From a virus (taxonomy: Duplodnaviria > Caudoviricetes), in IMG/VR virus record IMGVR_UViG_3300009788_000165, positions 1-42,936 of that record: a DNA stretch of 42,936 nt; one strand, 5' to 3'. Position 1 is the first letter of the stretch. Every line of letters starts with the position of its first letter. This document shows, piece by piece, positions 36,932 through 42,936 of the stretch. The notes below the pieces were generated by a model that had not been told where the DNA came from, did not search any database, and worked only from the letters and a program-made list of their open reading frames with translations. The position numbers were made by a program, and so were the translations under genes.

Positions 36932-36933
36932 AA

Positions 36934-37245
36934 TTATTTATTTTTATCTTCTTCGTTTACAAAGGTAAACAATTTTTTAATACCATTTTCTTTTTTTAAT
37001 ATTTTTGTTTTTAATATTTGATGATATGATTTTATAATATTATATACTATAAATAAAATAGTAGATATAATACCTAAAACTAATGCTAAATTTTTTAAAG
37101 CTTCTATGTCTATACCAAGAAAAGTTGTTTGCACAATCATAAGTTTTGCTTTTAATGCTATATAAAAAGCCCCAAAGTTAGCTACAAGCCAACCAGTATT
37201 GAAAAATTGTTCCATGTTTATAAAAGAGTTTAATTTTATTATCAT
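36934..37245 (-). CDS. Small membrane protein (holin-like)
   Basis: Two hydrophobic segments and a basic C-terminus; the true start may be the second Met (MEQFF). Confidence 0.6.
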   Translation of the reverse strand: MIIKLNSFINMEQFFNTGWLVANFGAFYIALKAKLMIVQTTFLGIDIEALKNLALVLGIISTILFIVYNIIKSYHQILKTKILKKENGIKKLFTFVNEEDKNK

Positions 37246-37249
37246 TTTA

Positions 37250-38176
37250 TTATTGTTTTATTCCATTAGTTATTATTAAATTATCTATTCGATCACCATT
37301 AGTTAATGTAAATTTAAGATATTGTCCATCATGAGATAACCAAGCATGAGTACTTATTAAATTTACTAATGTATCTTCATAAGTTGTCCAGGTTGCCCCA
37401 TCATAATAATCTATACTCGCTGTTCCTAATAAAGTATCTTTATATAATAATTTAGCTACACCATTAATTGTACATTCTAAATATTTATTTCCAGAAGTAT
37501 TTTCTTTAATTTCAAATGCTCCAGATTCTTTTTGCCATTCTATAGGAAATTCTCCTACTGGTTTATTTTGGAAATCTTCAATTATAACTGGATTTACAAA
37601 TTGATTGTGGTATTGTTTTATTTCTTGTTCTGTAAATACTTTGCTAAATACCAAAAAATCTACTATTTGTCCATTAAAATATAAACCAACAAAATCTCCT
37701 CCTCTTCCTATAGATAATGTAGTTCCATTCTCAATAGTTCCTGGATTATCATTATTAGTTCCTGAATTTACTGCATCAATAAAGATTGTTGCATTAGTTC
37801 CATTCCAAGTTAGAATGGCATCATACCATCCCGCAACTTGTGGAAATGATGTAGTTATTGCTACATTTGCTCCACCTGCTGTTCTGACTGAAAATACAAA
37901 ATCATCTACGGCTACTGACCATTCAAAGTAGCATGATTCTCCTGCTCCAATGTTATTATAATCTCCAAATAATATTCTTCGTGATGAGAAATCATCAATA
38001 TAAAATCTTAACGCAACTGTAAATACACCATTATTAACTAAAGAACCAAATCCTCCACTTCCTATAGGTATATAACTTTTAACACCATCAAATGCCATTC
38101 CATTTTTAGTACTAATAGCACCATTGATTGTACCATTATTATGATTTCCTGATATGTCGACCAATATATTACTCAT
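37250..38176 (-). CDS. LamG/ConA-like lectin fibre protein, C-terminal half of an apparently split gene
   Basis: Begins mid-domain (LVDISGNHNNGTING...FDG); FNGQI...FT..EI LamG end motif. Confidence 0.8.
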   Translation of the reverse strand: MSNILVDISGNHNNGTINGAISTKNGMAFDGVKSYIPIGSGGFGSLVNNGVFTVALRFYIDDFSSRRILFGDYNNIGAGESCYFEWSVAVDDFVFSVRTAGGANVAITTSFPQVAGWYDAILTWNGTNATIFIDAVNSGTNNDNPGTIENGTTLSIGRGGDFVGLYFNGQIVDFLVFSKVFTEQEIKQYHNQFVNPVIIEDFQNKPVGEFPIEWQKESGAFEIKENTSGNKYLECTINGVAKLLYKDTLLGTASIDYYDGATWTTYEDTLVNLISTHAWLSHDGQYLKFTLTNGDRIDNLIITNGIKQ

Positions 38177-38870
38177 TATTATCCTCCTTATTTATTTTTT
38201 TATCAAGCTTGTCTTTAAATAAGTAAAATAAATCTCCATGCTCTCCTGCATGACATTCTACACAAAGACTGATCCCATTATCTAAATCCCATAAAGCTTC
38301 ACACTTTTCTCCTTCTTCTAAAGTTTTTATATTTAATTCTTTTACCAATTTGCTAAAATGTTTTATATGATGAATCTGTATATATTGGTCTTCTCCACAT
38401 TTTTGACAAGTATAATCATCCCTTTTAAGTATGTCCTTTTTCCACTGTAAAGCTTTTGGTGTAACTCTTAATAATACAGTTAAAGAAGCTCCTTTTGCAT
38501 TATCTTTTTTATATTTAAAATAACATTCTTTAGAACAGAAATTATTTTTATTTTGTATATACATACAACGGTCTTTTTCATATTCTATACCACAATTATC
38601 ACACTTACAAATAACTCCATTATAATTATAAACAACATCTCCTTTGTAACCTATTTTTTGACATTCTTTACTACAGTAATGATTTTTTCCATGTGATTTA
38701 GATTTTGGTACATAAAATTCTTTATTACAAACATCACATTTAAATTCAACTTTATTTGATTGTTGCCATGCATGTTTACAATCTATAGAACAAAAATTAT
38801 GCTTACTCTTTTTTATAGAATTTAGATCCTTATTAAAATCTTTATTGCATGTTTCACAATTTACTATCAT
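38169..38870 (-). CDS. Free-standing HNH homing endonuclease with three N-terminal Zn-finger repeats
   Basis: Three CxxC...(F/Y)CSxxC units, then RDDYTCQKCG...HHIK...NGISLCVECH. Confidence 0.92.
   Translation of the reverse strand: MIVNCETCNKDFNKDLNSIKKSKHNFCSIDCKHAWQQSNKVEFKCDVCNKEFYVPKSKSHGKNHYCSKECQKIGYKGDVVYNYNGVICKCDNCGIEYEKDRCMYIQNKNNFCSKECYFKYKKDNAKGASLTVLLRVTPKALQWKKDILKRDDYTCQKCGEDQYIQIHHIKHFSKLVKELNIKTLEEGEKCEALWDLDNGISLCVECHAGEHGDLFYLFKDKLDKKINKEDNNE
38183..38190 (-). promoter_or_regulatory. Shine-Dalgarno TAAGGAGG inside the HNH 3' end
   Basis: TAAGGAGG-ATAATA-ATG, preceding the start at 38176. Confidence 0.65.
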
Positions 38871-38871
38871 A

Positions 38872-39558
38872 TTAACTTGGTATAAAGTTATAAGCTGCTA
38901 TAAGTCCGCTTTTATTTGAAAGATCAGTTGGTTTTATTGGAAAACCATTTTTATGTATTGAACTACCTGTTCCTTTATTTCTTAAAAAATCTTTGTATAG
39001 GTTGTTGCGTTCTTGAGTGGATAATATTATATCATATGCCTCGATTTTATTACAAAATCCCTTAAAGGTAAAAGAATTATCTCTTTGAAATAATTGACTT
39101 ACATTATTAGCTTCATTAGATGCTAATATTTTTTCTACGCCTACTATATTATCTATATAAAAATATACAGATGTGTCATTCCTAGTTATAGTTAATAAGT
39201 GCCATTGACCATCAAATAATTCAGGACGTGACTCTGCCGCAAAATTAACTCCATTATGACAATAAATAACATTAGTACTTGGATTAAATCCTATTGGATA
39301 GGATAAATCATTATACCCCATTATTGCAGAAAAAGAAATTGTATTATCTATAATCCTAATTACACATGAAATAGAAAATACAGTGCCTAAAGAAATAGTT
39401 TGATTTAATTCAATTTTAGTGTTACTTCCATTCCCTAACCAAGCATATCCTTTCTCAGTACGCTTAAATACACCATTAGTATTAGTACCTAAAGTACCAC
39501 TTACTGAATCTCTATATGAGCCTAAACCTGAACTATTGAAGTCGAAAATTTTACTCAT
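38872..39558 (-). CDS. LamG/ConA-like lectin fibre protein, N-terminal half of an apparently split gene
   Basis: One complete LamG domain (DGQWHLLTITR...FYIDN...FKG...LS..E), then it ends with the first strand of another (SGLIAAYNFIPS). Confidence 0.8.
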   Translation of the reverse strand: MSKIFDFNSSGLGSYRDSVSGTLGTNTNGVFKRTEKGYAWLGNGSNTKIELNQTISLGTVFSISCVIRIIDNTISFSAIMGYNDLSYPIGFNPSTNVIYCHNGVNFAAESRPELFDGQWHLLTITRNDTSVYFYIDNIVGVEKILASNEANNVSQLFQRDNSFTFKGFCNKIEAYDIILSTQERNNLYKDFLRNKGTGSSIHKNGFPIKPTDLSNKSGLIAAYNFIPS

Positions 39559-40678
39559 AATACCTCCTTGTATTTGTCCAGAATTGGGTTATTTGTTCAG
39601 TACTTAATAAGCCTTTATAAATTACCTCTCTTGGAATTTTACCATCTACTGCTCTTGTACCTGTATTATTATTACCAATTTTAATGGTTTCTGTTCCAGC
39701 TACAGGAACACCAGTATCTTGTCCAGTTACTATTACAATTCCATTTACAGATACTTCTATTAATCCAACACTTGTTCTCGTTATTGCTACAAAACTATTT
39801 TTATTATATGGAACTGCATTATTACTACTAGTCCAATATGTAATTATATTTGAACTAAATTGTATTCTTCCTACAGAAGCAAAGGTGAAATAAAATTTAC
39901 CATTAAATAAAATAAATCCATTATCATTTTCTCCTGCTGTTTTAGGATTAACCCAAGCTAATATAGTAATATCTCCAGTTAGATCATTAAAATTACCTGC
40001 ATCTATTTTACTTGTACTTCCATTAAAATCTGGGCTATATATATTAGAACCTACTTTTTTAATATCAACATCTGTTGGTGTAAGTGTATTACCCATTTTT
40101 TCTTCGAGTACACCACCAAATGCACTAACATCTAAAATCTTATAAGTATTCTCATCAATTACATCTGGAAGTTCATGGTATGTTTTGTTTTCATATAAAT
40201 TTGATATTTCAGAACTTGTTAATTCATTTATATTTAATCCAAATAAATCTACTACTCCATCTAAATAACTTGTTACAAATCCTAATTGAATATCATCTGC
40301 AACAAAAGCTGTTGCTGTTGTAATTATTATTTCTGATTTTGATGTTGTGATAGTTGACGTAGCTATTCCATTTACATAAATAGTAGGGCTACTAAATCCA
40401 TTTGCTGTAATAGTTCCACCACTTACCACAATATTATGTGTAGAACTTAATTTTAATATATTTTCTGTAGTAGTCGTTAATTGTAATTTTAATCTAACAG
40501 ATTTTATTCCATGCCTTATTGGATATAAAATCTTAGAAGAACTACCATCAAATGTAGCTTGTCCTAAAGAGTAATCTATATTTGACGGAACACCTAATTT
40601 ACGAGTATTAAATTCGCTTATTAGGGGTTCATATAAAATCCAATTATTATCTATAGTGTTTAATGATTCTTTACTCAT
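39551..40678 (-). CDS. Tandem LamG/ConA-like domain fibre protein
   Basis: FDGSSSKI and FNGSTSKI domain starts, ITILAWVNP, VAITR...VNG and LSTEQI. Confidence 0.8.
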   Translation of the reverse strand: MSKESLNTIDNNWILYEPLISEFNTRKLGVPSNIDYSLGQATFDGSSSKILYPIRHGIKSVRLKLQLTTTTENILKLSSTHNIVVSGGTITANGFSSPTIYVNGIATSTITTSKSEIIITTATAFVADDIQLGFVTSYLDGVVDLFGLNINELTSSEISNLYENKTYHELPDVIDENTYKILDVSAFGGVLEEKMGNTLTPTDVDIKKVGSNIYSPDFNGSTSKIDAGNFNDLTGDITILAWVNPKTAGENDNGFILFNGKFYFTFASVGRIQFSSNIITYWTSSNNAVPYNKNSFVAITRTSVGLIEVSVNGIVIVTGQDTGVPVAGTETIKIGNNNTGTRAVDGKIPREVIYKGLLSTEQITQFWTNTRRYYE

Positions 40679-41152
40679 TTATTCAGGTTTTAAAGCATCT
40701 CTAAGTTCTTCAAATGAACCTGATTGTGCTGTTATCACATTATCAACTACTCTTGTTACTTGAGTTGTTAGTTCACTAAAATTAGCATCATACACATTTA
40801 CGAAATCTTTTCCAGATAATCCTATCACAAACATAATATTGGATATCAATTGTGGTTTTGTTGTAGGAATTGTTTTTGCTACAAATAAAACTTGTTCATC
40901 TTCATCCAATGGTGGATTATAAACTATACTTGTACCATCTAACATCCTCATCATAGTATCTTCAATCAATTTAATATGACTAAATACTATTTTAATGATA
41001 GTTGTAGATAACTTCTTACCATCTATTCTAAGTACACCTTGTACGTCTGCTTCACTTTTACCTTCAGCAAAATAATCTATTACTTCAATTGCATTTATAC
41101 TTGGTAATACTTTACCAATTGTTTCTATTATTTTTAATCTATCTTTATGCAT
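40679..41152 (-). CDS. Hypothetical protein in the fibre cluster
   Basis: Abuts the downstream gene with no gap. Confidence 0.7.
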   Translation of the reverse strand: MHKDRLKIIETIGKVLPSINAIEVIDYFAEGKSEADVQGVLRIDGKKLSTTIIKIVFSHIKLIEDTMMRMLDGTSIVYNPPLDEDEQVLFVAKTIPTTKPQLISNIMFVIGLSGKDFVNVYDANFSELTTQVTRVVDNVITAQSGSFEELRDALKPE

Positions 41153-41165
41153 AATTTTATATTTT

Positions 41166-41918
41166 TTATTCTCCTAATGTATATTGTCCCATAATACTAA
41201 TTCTTACTCTATCAAGTGTCTGTAAATCATCTCGCACAGTACCTTTAAATATGTCTGGCACTTTAGGGTCTATTCTAATTACAACTCCATAAGCTTTTTT
41301 AATATCAAAAGTTGTATCTACTCCGAAATTTCCTCCACCTCCTGATCTTGGGTTATAAGTTACTTCACCTCCAAATTCTCTAAAATCAGAATTAGTACGA
41401 TAAGTACCTAATCCTTGATCTATAAGATTTTCCTTTAAAACTCTTAATCCGTTAGTTAATGTACCCAAATCTCCAAATTTACCATCGTCACCAGCAGCAG
41501 CATTATTCCATATAGTTATATTTGCATATTGTATATCAATTGGAGTTAAACCTTGCCTCATATTAAATACAAAATCTACTGGAGTACCACCATTAACATT
41601 CATTTCAATACTACCTCTTAAAACACTTGCTCCAGTACTAAATGCATTACCAACAGCAGCTTGAATAGTAATATCATTAGTAGAAATACTAATGACTTTG
41701 GTTTGAATATACGCATCACCTTCCATTATAACCATATATTCACCACCTGCTGTAAATCCATGACTTGCACTTACTGATATTACTGTATCTCCTTTTGAAA
41801 CAGGCGACGTAAGAGTTATATCAGTTTTATCTTCTCTCATTAAATAATATTGAAATGGAGGGGTATGCTGATCTTGTATGGCAACATCTATTTCATTTTT
41901 TCTAAATCCTGGTTTCAT
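41166..41918 (-). CDS. Putative virion structural protein
   Basis: Beta-rich; ITLTSPVSKGDTVISV...HGF module and DGKFG...LTNG. Confidence 0.6.
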   Translation of the reverse strand: MKPGFRKNEIDVAIQDQHTPPFQYYLMREDKTDITLTSPVSKGDTVISVSASHGFTAGGEYMVIMEGDAYIQTKVISISTNDITIQAAVGNAFSTGASVLRGSIEMNVNGGTPVDFVFNMRQGLTPIDIQYANITIWNNAAAGDDGKFGDLGTLTNGLRVLKENLIDQGLGTYRTNSDFREFGGEVTYNPRSGGGGNFGVDTTFDIKKAYGVVIRIDPKVPDIFKGTVRDDLQTLDRVRISIMGQYTLGE

Positions 41919-41932
41919 ATTAATTTATTTTT

Positions 41933-42718
41933 TTATACTGTGGCTATTATATGTAAATTCATTGATTCTACTGCATTGTTAGATGAAGTTATTATTTTTA
42001 ATAAAACTCCCTGACCATTATTTCCTGTGATATCTTGATCTAATGATGCCCGTTTCCATGCAAAATATTCACCATTGGCTAGATTAATTTCAGTATTGTA
42101 ATCTGTATTCATATCATATAAAAACCCTGTTCCTGAAACAAAAGTTGTAGCATGATATGTCCACCCACTAGATTTATGATACATTAAACCCATATTAAAT
42201 CCAGAATCATTTGCACCAGCTCTTCCTACAACTTCAAGATCAGTTACTCTAAAATTTCTATTACCAGCATCTTCATATTTACATAAACCATAATTGAAAG
42301 TAAAAGCTCCTGCTGATCCTGTTAAAGTATAAGTTATCTGACCTATCCATTTTTTACTTGTTTCAAAATACTGGTTAGTTGCAGCAGCATCAGTATCAGC
42401 TACAATTATTTCGTTATCACCTCCTGTTCTAACTCCTGCATCTGTAATACTTGTACCACTCACTGTTAAAACTAAATCTGTACCACCTGCTCCACTAGCC
42501 ACAGCAAAAGCATGAGCACCATGAGCATGATTAGCTCCTCCATAGTCTTGAGTTACAGTTCCTCCTATAGTTAAAATTACATGAGCTGCTGGAGCATCAT
42601 AATAACCAGCAATATAAAAAGTACCTGAAGAACCTACGGGTGCTCTAAAAGAATAATCTTTTATTATAGTATTAGCTACATCACCTGATACTGGAAAACC
42701 TGCTCTTTTATGTCCCAT
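41933..42718 (-). CDS. Putative virion structural protein (Gly/Thr/Ala-rich beta)
   Basis: Composition and location in the fibre cluster. Confidence 0.6.
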   Translation of the reverse strand: MGHKRAGFPVSGDVANTIIKDYSFRAPVGSSGTFYIAGYYDAPAAHVILTIGGTVTQDYGGANHAHGAHAFAVASGAGGTDLVLTVSGTSITDAGVRTGGDNEIIVADTDAAATNQYFETSKKWIGQITYTLTGSAGAFTFNYGLCKYEDAGNRNFRVTDLEVVGRAGANDSGFNMGLMYHKSSGWTYHATTFVSGTGFLYDMNTDYNTEINLANGEYFAWKRASLDQDITGNNGQGVLLKIITSSNNAVESMNLHIIATV

Positions 42719-42728
42719 AAACTAGATT

Positions 42729-42935
42729 TTAATATTCTTTAGTTATTCCGATAGAAACAGTTCCTTCAGTTCCACCTCCAGTATCTACATCTGTAGCTTT
42801 AGTTTGAATTTGTATATATGGTATTCCTTCAACACCAAATTCAAAAAATGGTTTTCTATCCACATTTCCTAAAGTTTTTTGATATTCAGATGAGGTATCA
42901 AGAGTATATTCATCTGTTCCACCACTTTCGTGTTT
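42729..42935 (-). CDS. 3' end of a gene truncated by the window edge
   Basis: Open frame ...KHESGGTDEYTLD...GTVSIGITKEY* ending 10 nt before the next ATG. Confidence 0.7.
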   Translation of the reverse strand, partial: KHESGGTDEYTLDTSSEYQKTLGNVDRKPFFEFGVEGIPYIQIQTKATDVDTGGGTEGTVSIGITKEY

Positions 42936-42936
42936 A

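Noticed and set aside
38171-38874. Group I intron or intein around the HNH gene
   Set aside because: Only a few non-ORF nucleotides flank the HNH, no P7-like core was recognised, and the HNH is out of frame behind a stop. RT-PCR would be needed to exclude it fully.
38171-38877. T4 gene 60-style ribosomal bypass (matched AGT codons, stop after take-off, SD near landing)
   Set aside because: The ~700-nt gap is far longer than the 50 nt in gene 60, no take-off hairpin was seen, and an in-frame ATG with an SD explains the downstream half more simply.
1859-39893. Antisense or nested ORFs in the track (1859-2050, 4460-4831, 7664-7870, 8737-8934, 15996-16247, 16124-16519, 23371-23571, 24701-24898, 26887-27069, 28409-28594, 35861-36136, 37605-37931, 39419-39607, 39684-39893)
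   Set aside because: Shadow frames of long real genes, with biased composition and no motifs.
1-42936. Stop-codon reassignment (TAG or TGA), known in some Crassvirales
   Set aside because: Genes up to 11.8 kb are uninterrupted in the standard code, and TAG/TGA end genes at tightly packed junctions.
33838-42936. Diversity-generating retroelement acting on the fibre genes
   Set aside because: No reverse transcriptase and no TR/VR pair differing at adenines was seen in this window.
1-42936. CRISPR array, tRNA or rRNA genes
   Set aside because: The window is almost fully coding; no repeat-spacer array or cloverleaf was seen in the few intergenic gaps.

Overview
Strongly AT-rich fragment of a crAss-like (Crassvirales-type) phage genome, probably infecting a Bacteroidota host, read in the standard genetic code. 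Bases 1-4103 are the end of a plus-strand block of small accessory genes: uracil-DNA glycosylase, Zn-ribbon proteins and two paralogous lipoproteins. A bidirectional terminator at about 4087-4115 separates this block from a convergent minus-strand late module. In transcription order that module encodes: fibre/LamG lectin genes, one apparently split by a free-standing HNH endonuclease; putative tail-hub proteins; a BNR/Asp-box tail fibre; a lysis cassette (M15 endolysin, holin, spanin-like protein); ring proteins with an HU/IHF-like gene; the muzzle protein; three cargo proteins; a 3921-aa virion RNA polymerase polyprotein (DFDID catalytic motif plus HExxH zincin); and a 1830-aa polyvalent protein (ART-like, dead zincin and PD-(D/E)xK domains). 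Best leads are (1) cargo proteins that appear to be built from ~110-120-aa modules delimited by a QNGG motif that also recurs at DNA level, (2) a LamG gene cut in two by an intron-less HNH insert that supplies its own stop, Shine-Dalgarno and start, and (3) an in-frame TAA that appears to split a conserved cargo domain. Family calls come from motif recognition and synteny; no database searches were run.
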